Positions 40,918 through 55,596 of a DNA stretch of 64,000 nucleotides are shown here, one piece after another; within the stretch, counting starts at the first letter, position 1, and every line of letters begins with the position of its first letter. A program made the translations under genes and the position numbers. Location of the stretch: assembly GCA_951406725.2 (NCBI GenBank), contig OX597826.1:30628001-30692000 (forward strand), written 5' to 3'. This DNA is from Octopus vulgaris (Eukaryota). The notes beneath the pieces were generated by a model. That model worked only from the letters and a program-made list of their open reading frames with translations, had not been told where the DNA came from and did no database searches.

Positions 40918-43088
40918 GTATATGTATTTATATACACACATGCAAATATAATGCATACATTCAAGCGTGTGCAGATATAGATGTAGATAGGTGCAGGTGT
41001 GGCAGTGAGGTAAGAAGCTTGCTTCCCAACCACATGATTCTGGGTTCAGTCCCACTGTGTGGCACCTTGGCCAAGTGTCTTCTGCTATAGCCTTGGGCCA
41101 ACCAAAGGTTTATGAGTGGACTTTATGAGTTGATGGAAACTGAAAGAGGCCATTGTGCATGAGTATATGTGTATATATGTGCATGTGTGCGTGCATGCTT
41201 ATATGTATGTCTCTTTGAATTTGTATTGTTTGTACTCCACCACCACCACCATCACTGTTTGACAAGTGGTGTTGGTTTATTTATGTTCCCACTACCTAGC
41301 AGTTCAGCTAACGAAACAGATACAAAAACTATCAGATTTTAAAAAAGGTGTGTTTTGGGGTGAATTTGTTCAACTAAACTCTTCAAAGCAGTGCCCCAGC
41401 ATGGCCATAGTCCAGTGTTTGACATAGGTAAATGATATATACACATACATTCATATATGTGTATATACTGGTCAATAGAAGCTGCAAAGATTCATGATGT
41501 ATTTTTTTTATAGGTGCAGATATGGTTGTGTGGTAAGAAGCTTGCTTTCTAGACACATGGTTCAATGGTTTTGGGATCAATCCCACTACATGGCACCTTG
41601 GGCAAGTGCCTTCTACTGTAGCCTCAGGTTGACCAAAGCCTTGTGAATGGACTTGGCAGACAGAAACTGAAAGAAACCCATCATATGTATGCGGGTGTGC
41701 ATGTGTCTTTGTCTGTGCTTGCCCCCCCCCCCCAACCACCACCACCACTTGTTGGTTTGTTTACATCCCCATAAGTTAGCAGTTTCGCAAAAGAGACCGA
41801 TAGAATAAGTACCAAGATGGAAAAAAATAGATAAATAAGAAGAGGGGTTGATTTGTTCAGCAAAAAAATTCTTCAAACAGTGCCCCAGCATGGCCACAGC
41901 ATGACTGAAACGAGTAAAAGATTATTGTTTGTTTTTCCTAATCTCTTTCGTTCTTCAAAATATAATTAAAACCTGCACCTTTGTTCCATAATTAACGATA
42001 ATAAAAGTCTTTTTTCCCCCACTCCCTTACCAACAATTATATGGTATTACAACATGCTGTCATAATTGGTACTTCATCAAAGACTGAGTCTTAACAACAT
42101 TCACAGCAATAGAATCTTTCTAATTCGCTTTAGGCATTGCTTTGTGCAAAGAATTCTTCTGAGTAAAAGAAACACTACCCAAAGAATTCAAAATGTCAAA
42201 GTGAAAGTATCAGCTTATATTTTTTAATCTATTTTTTAATCTATTTTTAGCAGTAGTAAGAAGCTTGCTTACCAACCACATGGTTCCGGGATCTATTGAT
42301 CCACTGCATGGCACCTTGGGCAAGTGTCTTCTACTATACCCTTGGGCTCACCAAAGCCTTGTGAGTGGATTCGGTAGACAAAAACTAAAAGAAGCCTGTC
42401 GTATATATATGTGTGTGTGTGTGTGTGTCCAACATCGCTTGACAACCGATGCTGGTGTGTTTACATCCCCGTAACATGGAAGTTCAGCAAAGGAACCCAT
42501 AGAATAAATACTAGGCTTACAAAGAATAGGTCCTAGCATTGATTTGTTCAGACTCAAAGGCAGTGCTCCAGCATGGCCGCAGTCAACTGACTGAAACAAA
42601 TAAAAGAACAAAAGAATACTAAAAACAAAACCATAATCAGGATTTATTTTTAATTCCATTCATTAATTTTCTTTTAATTGATTTTATCTCATTACCTGTT
42701 TTTGCTTTTTTGTTTGTTTGTTTTTTGCTTTATTAAGTCATTTAATTTGATGTTTCTTTCACTCAGTTTATTAAAGGAATTCTCCAAACTGTAAAATTAG
42801 TCATTTTATTTGTTTATATTTTGTTTGTTTCAGTCATTATTAGTCTGTGGCCATGCTGGGGCACCACCTTGAAGAATTTCAGCTGAATATATCAGACCCC
42901 AGTACTTTTTTATTTATTCATTTTATTTATTTATTTATTTTTTCTGTTAAGCATGGTTCTTATTTTATCAGCCTCTTTTGCAGAACTGCAAACTTACAGG
43001 GATGTAAACAAACCAACATTGCTTATCAAGTAGTAGCGGGGCACAAACAGACACAAAAACATCCCACCACATACACGCACGCATGCAT

Positions 43089-43147
<59 letters not shown>

Positions 43148-43544
43148 TGTGCATATATATATATGTATATATATATGTATGTATATATATATATATTTTT
43201 TTTTCTTCATTGCCCACAGGGGGCTAAACACAGAGGGGACAAACAAGGACAGACAAAGGGATCAAGTCAATTACATCAATCCCAATGTGTAACTGATACT
43301 TATTTAATTGACCCTGAAAGGATGACAGGCAAAGTCAACCTTGGCGGAATGTGAACTCAGAACGTAACAGCAGACAAAATACCGCTAAGCATTTTGCTCG
43401 GCATACTAACGATTCTGCCAGCTCGCCGCCATATGTATATATATATATACACACATAACACACAAGGAGAGGCTTCTTTCAGTTTCTCTCTACCAAATCC
43501 ACTCAAGAGACTTTGATTGTCTTCAAGCTATAGTAGAAAGTACT

Positions 43545-43828
43545 TTTAAGATCTTAATAATGTGTAAGAACAAAAAAAAAAAATGAAATATCAAATATTC
43601 TCTGTGCTTTCTTCTCTATTTTTTGATTTAAAATTCAAACTCCTAATCTTGCCTTAACTTGATCAAGAAGGAATTGTATCCCCTAAGATAGCTGACCACC
43701 AGGACACACTTTGTGTATGAAGATTCCTTTAATTAAAATGAAATAAAATAAATATATCATATGTATATTTGCAGTAAATGTATATTATGAATAACATTAA
43801 TACTGTTTAACATTATCTGATATCACCC
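43545..43828 (+). repeat. ~280-bp AT-rich repeat inserted in a SINE-B; inverted partner at 45518-45797
   Basis: The SINE sequence resumes at ...cccaaggtgcc after the insert. Reverse-complement similarity to 45518-45797 runs throughout. Confidence 0.75.
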
Positions 43829-44749
43829 AAGGTGCCATGCAGTGGGACTGAACCCAGAGCCATGTGGCTGGGAAGCAAACTTCTTACCACACAGCCAATT
43901 CCTCTGCTTCTCACTGATGTTGGTGTTGTCTATGGCAATGATTTCCACAACCTTCTGGTACCACCCATTCACCCTGCACCATAATTCTTTGAGTCTTTGG
44001 GCAAAGTGTACTAAATCTTACAGAGCAGCAACAACAACATCAACAGTAACAGCCATAGCAACAATAGAACAACGTGGTCTTCAGCGTATACAGTACTTTC
44101 CCCTGCCCCCAACAACAACAACAAGATAGAGCCATGATAGCTTCTATGTGGTAATACCGTCTGCTAGAAATAGAAACCAAAGCTCCCTTAAAATAAATCC
44201 AAAACATCTTTAAAAAAAAGGAAAAGGAGGATATGTAGGATGGGCGCAGTCTTGGGTTCCCTATACATAATATATAGGCTAGAGGGCCATGACTGGAATG
44301 CCTTTAATCATAGGCTTGCTCAACTGAAGATTGGCCTGGGGTTAAACAACAACGTTAATTAAAAAAACAATAGAATTAATACTACTAGTACTACTAATAA
44401 CATCAACAACGAGAACAAAAGCTACAACAAAAACAACAACAACAGCAGCAGCACCAGCGGCAACAGAAGCAGCAACGGATTACATAGTAACTTAACAGCA
44501 GAATATTTACTAATTTTCTCATCACATGCTCAGTTAAATCTGTTTTGGTAAATTTATTCATTGTAATAAAATATGGCCAAAGAAGAGGGATGCTGGGGGC
44601 CGGGGGCGGAGGCGTAGGATAGGAGAGGGCAAGATAGAGATAGGGAGGGAGAGAGAAATGGTTGGCTCAAGCTGGCAACCATTCCTGAAAGCGTTACTAG
44701 CGTGCATGACAACACATATATATATCAGCCAAGTCAAGGAGGCATTTAG

Positions 44750-44793
<44 letters not shown>

Positions 44794-44862
44794 TATACAT
44801 ATACACACACCTACATGTACTTAAACATATACATAAATATTTAAATATATATATATATATAT

Positions 44863-44915
<53 letters not shown>

Positions 44916-47900
44916 TACATACATATATATACATATATATATATATAAAATTATACATATATATGTACATATACATATATATACATGTGCATATACATAT
45001 ATATACACACACACATATATATATACACACACACTCATATGCAGATACATGTCTATTTATACACACACACACTGGTGGAACACATTGGATAATCAGTCAG
45101 AAAGTGTAAGTCAGAGCTAATAATCATCAAAATCATAAATTCGGCTTATGGAGATATTCTACACTAGGATAATATAGTGAGCTGTCAGGTTAAGCAGTTC
45201 ACTTTGCAAACATGTGGTTCCAGATTAGCAGGTTCAATTTCACCACAATCCAATACCTTGAGGAGCTATCCTTTAATCCATACAGCCTTGAATTTACCAA
45301 TGCCTCTGGAATGATATTTGGTAGATGGAAATGGATGCAAGCCCAGTGTATCCATTAATATAAATGGCAGTAGGTCTCTTGATTTCTTTGTTTGTCCATC
45401 CCCCTAAACACAGATATCTCTGCACAGTTTGGATTTATCTCCCTTGATTAGCATATGCTAACCAGAGTGTAGCCTATCATATGACAGGTATTGTGGGGAA
45501 CATACTCAGCCAATACTGGTAATATCAGGTAATGTTAAACAGTATTAATGTTATTCATAATATACATTTACTGTAAATATACATATGATATATTTTTTAA
45601 ATTTAATTTTAATTAAATGAATATTCATACATAAAGTGTGTCCTGGTGGTCAGCTGTCATAGGGGAGACAATCCCTTCTTGATCAAGTTAAGGCAAGATT
45701 AAGAGTTTGAATTTTAAATCAAAGAAAGAGAAGAAAGCAGAGAGAATATTTGATATTTCTGGGGGTTTTTTCTTACATATTATAAAGATTTTAAAATACT
45801 CAGTTGTTTGTAGCCACATACAGCACCATTTCATCCTTATTTAGAATCATCAGCCCAGCATAACTTGAAACAAATAAATTATGCTAAAGTAAAAGTTTAA
45901 TAAATATTTTTTATTTTGAAAATTAGCATTCATTTCATTAATACTTAATGATCCTTAAAAGCAATCCTTAAAGCAGAATTGTAGTAAATTATTTTTGCTG
46001 GTGGAACATGAAATAGATAAAGCTATAAACAACAGCTTGTAGAATATTGGATTAGGAAAATCTCTTTGGTGGAAAGAAATGTTGAATAATAAGATATTTG
46101 AAAATGCTATCATCATCATCATCATTTAAGATCCATTGTCTATGCTGGCATGGGTTGGACAGTTTGACCAGAACTGGAGAGCTGGAAGGCCGCACCAGAC
46201 TCCAGTCTGATTTGGCATGGTTTCTACGGTTGGATGCTCTTCCTAACCCTAATGGGTGCTTTTACGTGCCACTGGCATGGGTGCCATTTGCGTGACACCA
46301 GATTCTGCCACAACTGCGATTTTACTTGCCTTGATGGCTCTTCTTCTCAAGCACAACATAATGCCAAAGGTCTTGATCATTCGTCATTGCCTCCGTGAGG
46401 CCCCAACACTCGAAGGGAGCTTTTCCATGTGCCACCAGCACTTTGCCTACATGAGACCCAATACTTGAAAGGTGCTTTTTATATTCCACCAGCATGGGTC
46501 CCTGTGACATGATACCAGCACCAGCCGCAACTACAATTTCACTTAATTTGACAGGTCTTCTCCTCAAGCACAGCAGATCGCCAAAGGTCTCAAGGAATCG
46601 AACCCACAACCTTATGATCATTAGCCAAACACTCTAACCACTAGACCACATGACTTCACATCTTAAACTATTACAAAATAATGAGAATATATTTGAAATG
46701 TGAGGTGTGGTGTCAGATTATTTCAACCAATCTGTACTGACAGAACTATTTCTAAAACAATAAAGTCACAAGCATCTTTGGTTTCTTTCTTTTTCTTCTT
46801 ATTTTATCATTGTTGTTGTTGTTGTTGCTATTGTCACTGCATTTTCTTTGTACTTTTGTAGTAAATTTCGTTTTGCTTTTATCTTCTTCTTCTTCTTCTT
46901 CTTCTTGTGTTCTACAATGGTTAGTTTTGAAATAGTTCCACAACAAGTTTTTACTTTGTTTCTGAACACAATGAGACAACACATAACAAAATAAAAAAAA
47001 ACAAAAATCATTGGAATTAAATTTCTTGCCTCTCTCTCTCTCTCCCCTTCTCCTTCACCCCCTCTCACTCTACACCTAGACACACATACCTCCAATTAAA
47101 TTCCTTGCCTCTCTCTTTCTCTCTCTCCCTCTCTTTCTATCTCTCCCCTATCCCTCTCTTTCTCGCTTTCTCGCTCTCCTCTCTTTCTCTCTCCCTCCCT
47201 TTTTCTCTCTCCCCTATCCCTCCTTTTCTCTCTCTCCCTCTCTTTCTCTGCCCCCTCCCTCTGTACACACCTCTAATTTTATAATACCAACCTACCTTTA
47301 TTGACAATTCTACCCCTATCTCTCCCTCCCTTCCCCACTCTCTCTCTCCCTATTTTATTTATTCATGTTTTACTTTATTTTCTTTCCATTTATATTCTAA
47401 CATTGTTCCTTTCAAATGTTTATGTGATGACAATGACACTGATGATGATGACGATGACAACGATGATGATAATGGTGATGAAATCAAGGGTTCTAATTGT
47501 CTTCAAAATTTGATACGGCTTAACACCCAACCCCACACACATTTTGCATACACACACACATACACAATGTACTCATCCATACGTACACACACAGAGGTAA
47601 ACATACATACACATACTGTTATACACACGCACACATGCATTCACATGTATGCACATACACACACTGATATGCACATACACACACACATGCACTCATACAT
47701 ACACACAAACACACACATGCACTCAGATACACACACACACATGCACTCAGATACTCACATGCAAACACACACATGCACTCAGATACACACACACAAACAC
47801 ACACATGCACTCAGATACATACGCATGCACACTCAGTTACATTCATGTACACACAAGTACTCACAGCTATGCTCGCACACACACACACACACAAATGATA

Positions 47901-47954
47901 TGACACAGAAATAGTAACTAGAAAGCCAACTAAATTTTTTGGTAAAGCAACAGC

Positions 47955-48790
47955 TGTGGTGGTGGTGGTGGTGATGGTTGTGGTGGTAGTTGTGGTGGTG
48001 GGGTGGTAGTGGTGATGGTGGCTGTGGTGGTGATGGTGGTGGGGGTAGTAGTAGTGATGGTGACTGTGGTGACAGTGGTGGTGGTGGTGGTGGTGGGAGT
48101 GGTAATGGTCGGTGATGGTGGTGGTGCTGTTAGTAATGTCAGTGGGGATGCTGGTAGCAGATACACTAGGATTAGTGGTGGTGATGGTGGTGGTGGTGGT
48201 GGTGGTGAGAGGAGAAACAGTGATAGTAGTAGTATGAGTAGTATAGCAGTGATGGAGAGGGGTGCAGTCAGTAACTATACTGTTGGTAGCAGTAGTAACA
48301 GTTGTGGTAGTGGTAGTAGTAGAAGTTATTAGTAGTTGATAACTGTGGTGGTGGTGGTGGTAGCACTAGTGGTTATGATGGTGATGATGAAGATGGGAGT
48401 TGTAGCAATGGTAGTGGTAATGGCAATAACAGAAGCGGGGGTTGTAGTAGTCATGGCAATAGTAGTAGTTGTGGCAGTGGTGGTGGTTGTAGTAGTCATG
48501 GCGGTGGTGGTGATGGTGGTTATAGTAGTTGTGGAAGTGGTGGTGGTGGTGGTGGTGGTGGTAGTGGTTGTAGTAGTAACGGCAATGGTTGTGATGGCAG
48601 TGGTGGTGGTTGTAGTAGCTATGGCAAGGGTAGTAGTTGTGGTGGTGGTGGTGATTGTAGTAGTCATGGCAATGGTTGTGGTGGTGGTGGTTGTAGTAGC
48701 CATGACAATGATAATAGTTGTGGTAATGGTGGTGGTAGTGGTGGTAGTTGTAGTAGTCATAGTAATGGTAGTAGTAATTGTGGTGGTGGT
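47955..48790. repeat. cryptic (GGT/AGT)n trinucleotide tract
   Basis: Degenerate GTG/GTA repeats that produce the poly-V and poly-T ORFs. A similar (AGT)n tract lies at 26220-26540. Confidence 0.9.
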
Positions 48791-49349
48791 CATCATCATC
48801 GTTGTAACCACAGACATAAAAACCTGGACAGGAAGAATGGTTCGGTGCTTCATGCTTTTCTTGCAGAATATATCACTTACACACGAAAGTACGCGTGCAT
48901 ACATGTGCAACATTAAGCATCAGTATACAGCATGTTTGCATGCATGTGCACTCAGTGTTAAGCGCATGCAGACAATATGCACGTATGTGCACTTTTATGT
49001 ACATGTAGATGGCATGTGTACAGGTGTGCATCTATGTGCAACACGATGTAAGGTGCATACAGGTGCTATGCATGTATACAGCTACTGCACTTTGAACTGT
49101 GTCACCTGTTGCAGCAAATGCACAGCATGTACAAGAGATATCTCTAATTGCTTTTAGTGTCACAGCAATATATTTGTAAATGCATTTCTTAGCTACATAA
49201 TAAATTTTCTTTTATGGCATATATTTACAAGAACATGCCAACAAATTTCGGTACGCTTAATATATAATGTTTGGCGGAAGAAGAGAATGTTCAACAAAAT
49301 TTCAAATTTACATTTGATGAATATATTTGTCCTCATCTTGTTTATTGTT

Positions 49350-49395
49350 AACACAACATTTCGGCGGATATACCCTCCAGCCTTCATCAGGTGTC
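49350..49395 (-). ncRNA. minimal type I hammerhead (slightly decayed twin)
   Basis: gacac-CTGATGA-a-GGCTG..CCGCC-GAAA-tg-TT-gtgtt. Confidence 0.65.
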
Positions 49396-49468
49396 TGGGG
49401 GAAATTTCGAGCCTGGGTTCTCATTCCTAAGGTATTTTTCGATATTATTAAGAATAATAATAATGGTA

Positions 49469-49503
<35 letters not shown>

Positions 49504-49593
49504 AACGATAATAATAATAATAATCATAATAACAACAACAACAACATCGAAAAATACCTTAGGAATGAGAAACCAGGTTCAAAATTTCCCCGA

Positions 49594-49639
49594 GACACCT
49601 GATGAAGGCTGGAGGGTATGTCAGCCGAAACGTTGTGTT
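49594..49639 (+). ncRNA. minimal type I hammerhead ribozyme
   Basis: gacac-CTGATGA-a-GGCTG..CAGCC-GAAA-cg-TT-gtgtt; canonical core with palindromic AACGTT. Confidence 0.8.
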
Positions 49640-50834
49640 AACAACAAACAAGATGAGGACAAAAATCCGTCAAATGTAAATTATGTAAATAATTTGGCAT
49701 AAATTCCAACCACTTTACATAGTGTACCAGCTGCTTTTCATGTAACAACAAGATGTGGGTATGTATGTGTATGCACCAATGTGCAATAATGCAGACACTT
49801 CACTTACCACCGTTTGAGTATAGCAGCACTGATGTTAACATTCCTTGTTGACATCATGAGTGATAGCTCTGTGCTTTTGAATATAAAATCCCTTTTCTGT
49901 AAGCAAGTTGGTGACAGGAAGAGCATCTAAATGTAAAATCCCTCAAATCCAGACCACTCACGCTGTTATACAACCACTGTAACTGTAGACACACTAGTAC
50001 CCTCTCTCTCTCTCTCTCTTAGAGACATGCTTTAACAAAAGCCAAGAGGTGCCTTACTCCCAGTGGTCATATTTCCAAGCCCTTGGGCTATTATTAGGTA
50101 GTCTTTCACACTGCATTAGACATATCCTTCTAGATTTCTACCAACCTTCATAAGGCAAGCCAACTGAATGGTTTAGGTGCCAACAACCTAACCATGCAAG
50201 CGTAACATGTAGCCCATGTATTGAACTACATGTTAGAACTCCATAAATGGCATCATGGCAATTATCATCATTATCCTTTATGCTGGCACAGATTGAAAGG
50301 TTTGACAGGAATTGACAAGCCAAAGAGTCACACTAGACTCCATTTGTCTTCCTAATGCCAACTGCTTTACACAAAGTACTGGGTGCTTCTTAAGTGGCAC
50401 CAGCATGGATGTGGTACCTGTACCCAATATTAAAAAAAAAAGAAATTATGGGAGTAGGATACATTACAGATTTTTAGGTACAAAAAATAGTGAAGGAACC
50501 ACATTATATGCATGATTCCTTTGTACAATACAGTAAGCCAAAAATGCCCACCACATCTGCTGGTCTTCAGCAAAATAAATTCTGATAATTTTGCTGCAAT
50601 AATTATATTAGACTGAATTAATTTATTTCTCATAAATTGCTTCTCTTAATTAAGTTTTCCTATTAAGTGTGGCTTGTCTGTATGTCTCCTGATAAAGATT
50701 CTCACCCACTCCAATACTGTAAATAATGGTTATGAAACTGAGATACAGGAATGATTTATAGTAGGTGTGGGGCTTGGGAATGGATAGCGTTAATAACAAG
50801 CACTGCAATCATACCACAACACTACACAACATAA

Positions 50835-51240
50835 AATGCCACTCCAAACATTGCCATGCCACTCCACACATTGCCATGTTCCCATGCCACTCCACACATT
50901 CTCATGCCACTTCACATATTATTGTGCCACTCCATGCATTGCCATACCACTCCACATATTGCCATGCCACTCTGCACATTGCAGTGTTACTCTGCTCCAT
51001 GCATTGCCATCTTGCTCCACACGTTGTACAGCCACTCTACACATTGTTGAGCCACTCTGTACATTGCCATGCTGCTCCATGCATTGCTATTGCTATGCCA
51101 CTCCACTCCACACATTCCCATACCACTCTGCACATTATCACGCCACTCCACACACTGCCATGCCACTCTGCACATTAACACACCACTCCACGCATTGCCA
51201 TGCCACTCTACATGTTGCAGCACTCTACTCAGTGCTACAC
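50835..51240. repeat. 20-bp minisatellite
   Basis: About 20 degenerate units of TGCCATGCCACTCCACACAT. Confidence 0.85.
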
Positions 51241-52059
51241 TTGAAAAACAAAAAACAACCCACTTCAAACAACAACAAACCAAACCACAAAACTCTGTTC
51301 CACACCATACAACACCAACCACCCCATGATCCACCTTTTCACACTACATCGCACCCCCTTCACACTGCATCACTCCACCACACAATGCCACCCCATAAAG
51401 CAACACCAACACAACACACACACACACAATGGGGCTTGTTTCAGTTTCTGTCAACCAAATCCATTCACCTAGCTTTGGTTGGCGTGGGATTTACAGCAGC
51501 AGATGCTTACTCAAGATGCCACTTGCATATATATGAGTGCATGCTTTTAGTTCATCTGTTTTACAAATGCAAAACAAGACATTACACTGTATAAATGTGT
51601 TTATATGTATGTGCGTGAGTGTGTTCATCATCATCATCATCATCCGTTTTTCATTCTGACATAGATTAGACGGTGTGACTGGAGCTGGTGACCGGGAGAG
51701 CTGTAACAGACACCAGTCTGATTTTGGCCTGGTTTCTACAGCTGGATGCCCTTCCTAATGCCAAAAGTGTAATGGGTACCTTTTATGTGCCACCATCATG
51801 TATGACTTGTATATGTCACTATCACAGGTGCCATTTACTTGTCACCACCACAGTGCCATTTACATGTTGCTATCACAGTTGCCTTTTATGTGTCACCACC
51901 ATGGGTACCTTTTATGTGTTGTGGATATTATATTATTTTGTGTACAAAACATTATGTTTATGCACTGCTTGTAAATATTTCTTGTTTTTAGCGATCCAAC
52001 CAAACTTCAATTTAATTTACTTAAAATTAGCACACAATGTCAAAGAGAGAAACATAGAT

Positions 52060-52091
<32 letters not shown>

Positions 52092-52466
52092 TTAACGTCC
52101 ATTGTCCATGCTGGCATGGGTTAGACACTTTTACTGAGAACTGGCAAGCCAGGAGGCTGCACAAGGCTCCAATCTGATCAGACAGACATGCACACACACA
52201 ATGAGCTTCTTTCAGTGTTTGTCTACAAAATAAATCCTCTAGCAGGGTTTTGGGTGACTTGGGTCCATAACAGAGGACACTTGCACTGAAACTGTAAACA
52301 ACATGGCTGGGAAGGGACTCCCTTAATCACACAGCCATGCCTATATATAAACAAACCTGTTGTGTATATATGCATGTGTGTGTAGTGTGCATGTGTGTGT
52401 GATATATATGTGTGGTGTGCATGTGTGTGTGATATATATGTGTATGTGTATATGTGTATGTGTATA

Positions 52467-52533
<67 letters not shown>

Positions 52534-52848
52534 GTGTGTGTGCATGTGTGTGTGCGTGTCTTTGTGTTTGTGTTTGTTCCCACCTTCACTGCTTGACAAC
52601 TGTTGCCGGTGTGTTTACATCCCCTGTAACTTAGCAGCTCAGCAAAAGAGACCAAGAGAATAATGACCAAAGTACTAGGTTTTAAAAAAAGAATAAGTGC
52701 TGGTGGAGGGGGAGGGCGATACATTTGGCTAAAAATTCTTCAAGGTGGCGCCCAAGCATGGCCACGGTCTAATGAGAAAAACAAGTCAAGAAATAAAAGA
52801 TAAAAGGTGTGTGCATGCGTGTGCATATGTGTGTGCATATGTGTGTGC

Positions 52849-52887
<39 letters not shown>

Positions 52888-53896
52888 TGAATGAATCAAA
52901 GTTCCTGTTTGATGCCAGCCTTCCTAAAACAATACAGTGTCTATGGACAAAAGCCAACCAATAACAAGCAAATATTTTCACTTTGTTCATTATTATACTT
53001 GTTTTCTTTTTATTTGGTTTTGTTTCTTTACGCATGAGCTGTTAGTGGTTTTTATAAATAGTCTGTGAACAAATCATTATCATAATTTATTCTTTGTTGC
53101 CATATTTTGCTTTGGTTGTTTGCTTTCTTTGTATTTTCATTCTTTTAAAAATTTATTTATTTATTTACCTGTTTTGCATATTTAATTCATTGAATAAATT
53201 TGACCACAGGACATAAAGAATTGTTTAAGTGAATGTGTGTAACTATGTGTGTTTGTGTGTGTGGTTGAATGCATGAGTGATTCGCTGTGTGTATGTGTGT
53301 GATTCCATGTATGAGTAATTTTGTGTGTGTATGTGTGTGTGTGTGTGCATGTAATTATGTATGATTTTTGTGTATATATGTGTATGTGATTGCATGTGTC
53401 ATTATGCATGTGGTTGCATATATATATATATATATATATTAGATTGTGTGTGTGAAGGATGTGAAAGACAGCAAGGAGTGTGTGTATGGGAGCATACATA
53501 TGAGTTCAATTGTAGTGTGTGTGTGTAAACATGTATGTATATGTGTAGGGAGTCTAAATGTGTACATCATGGGAAGTATTATTGTTTTTATGTGTATATA
53601 TCTTCATGTGAGTTATAAATTCACAATATGTACATTGTTATTCAGTTTACTTCAAGATTTCTTGCCAACAGAGAAAGAACCGGTTTCTAACCTAGATCCA
53701 AGGATCCTTCATTGGAACTTCAACATCAACAACAGGATACATTTGTTTATTTCTATGTATGTATGTATGTATGTATGTATGTATGTATGTATGTATGTAT
53801 GTATGCATGCATGCATATGTGCAGACTTGTATGTTTTGTTTTATGTATGTGTTCTCATGCATATAGTTGCATATCTAGACATGTTCATATATATAT

Positions 53897-54105
53897 TTAA
53901 ATAATAAACTTCTGGGAACTCTTACAGATTTTTACAGTTCCAATGATGGATTGGATCTGTAGTATTCGAATTAGCTTTCTCTTTTCTGCTTTTGAGAAGC
54001 CTAATTTTCTCAACATTGGTATTTAGGCAGTGTGTTACATATCCCAGGACCCCAATAATTACAGGTATAAACCTGAACTTGTAATCTGGATAGAGTAACT
54101 GCAGG
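53897..54105 (-). pseudogene. C-terminus of an R4/Dong-like non-LTR retrotransposon (restriction-like endonuclease)
   Basis: LQLLYPDYKFRFIPVIIGVLGYVTHCLNTN-/-LGFSKAEKRKLIRILQIQSIIGTVKICKS..* fits P.VIG.LG....LQ....GT..I. Probable 3' UTR extends to about 53600. Confidence 0.75.
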
Positions 54106-55596
54106 TATATATGCATATATATGTATGTATATATGTATGTGTGCATGTATGTATGTATGCATGTCTGTATGCATGCATGTATGTATGTACGTATGTATGT
54201 GTGAGTGTGTGTATCTAAGCAAAGAAAGGTTATATATAAATGTATATGTATGTTCAAGTGTTACATGTGCATGTTTTTACTATAAATTATATTTATCGGT
54301 GTCTGTTGGTCAAGGTAGACAATGCATAATAACATTTTGGTGCAGTTGTGAGCAAGATATATTTTAGAGGAAGACTGGTTGTTGCCCCTGAATGCGAGTT
54401 TCCCCTTTTTAATGCTACCAATGTCTTTCCAAGGGAAAGGCTGTTGTCTTGTACTGATACAACTTGGCACCAGTATCATTGCAGCAGAACATAAAGAGTA
54501 GAACAAACACCACAAGGCATCTAATAGGACCCTTCTCTAATAGTTCTATTGATCTACCTTAAGATTAGTAACCTTTTTTTTTAGAACAACCCTGAAAAGA
54601 CGAAAGGCAAAGTTGATTTCAGCAGGAATTGAACCCAGAGCACAGAGAATTTGATAAGATAACCTGAAGAACTTTAATCCTTACAGTGATCGTTACTATC
54701 TCCATCATTATCATTAATTGTCTGTCTTCCATGCCGGCATGGGTTGGACAATTTGACAGGAACTCGCAAGCCAGAGAACTGTACCAGTGTCTGTTTTAGC
54801 AGTGGTTTTACAGCTGGATGCCTTTCCTAACACCAACCACAGACTGAAATGTGTGTTTTTATGTGGCACCAGCATCATCATCATTAAATGTCTGTTTTCC
54901 ATGCCGGTATGGGTTGGACAATTTCACAGGAGCTGGCAAGCCAGAGGACTGCACCACTGTCTGGTTTGGCAGGGTTTTTACAGCTGGATGCCCTTCCTAA
55001 CACCAACTACAGACTGAACTGTGTGCTTTTATGTGGCACCAGCACTGGTGAGGTCACCAAGTAACATGCAAGACAAAGATCCCTCGATTGAGATGTGGAG
55101 TGGTATTGAGGGTGGTGGCCTTATGCTAGGTGATGAGAGGTCAGGGTATGGAAGAGGGACAGAAACAGGTGTTTCACTGTAGAGAAGATTCATGGTTAGC
55201 TCAGCTGGAGGGAGACAGCAAGAGAAAGAGAGTGTGAGAGGGATGGTGGTGATGTAGGCATACTTGAGCGCTTACTCTCAAGGTACAAGGATGTGAATAT
55301 AAATGTAATGGGAGAGGATTGCCCAGGGTGCATGAGTAGGGAGTTAACGAAAGTGCAAAATCAAGAAACGGTCAGGGTAGGGGGAGCGCAGTGAGGGGGA
55401 GGGGAAACAAAGGTGTATGCGGTGGGGACCGATAGGATAGCAACGATACAGTTGGCAGGGGTAGGACAGGAGAGAGAGAGAGATGACAAAGCGGTGTTGG
55501 GCTGCAGGAGTGGGGAGGGAGAGATAAGCACAGGGCATGATGAACAGATGTCGTTTGATTCCTTGTCCCCCAATTCACTGACCATTCTACGTTGGA

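Larger units (their letters stand above)
49305..49682. mobile_element. head-to-head pair of HHR-bearing pLTR-like arms around a trinucleotide microsatellite
   Basis: Arms 49305-49443 and 49546-49682; the centre is (AAT)/(GAT)/(AAC)n. Confidence 0.8.

Noticed and set aside
48003-49157. poly-Val / poly-Thr (mucin-like) ORFs
   Set aside because: Cryptic trinucleotide repeat with no splice or domain evidence.
50765-51594. His/Cys-rich ORFs or a CRISPR-like array
   Set aside because: A degenerate 20-bp minisatellite without unique spacers, in a eukaryotic context.
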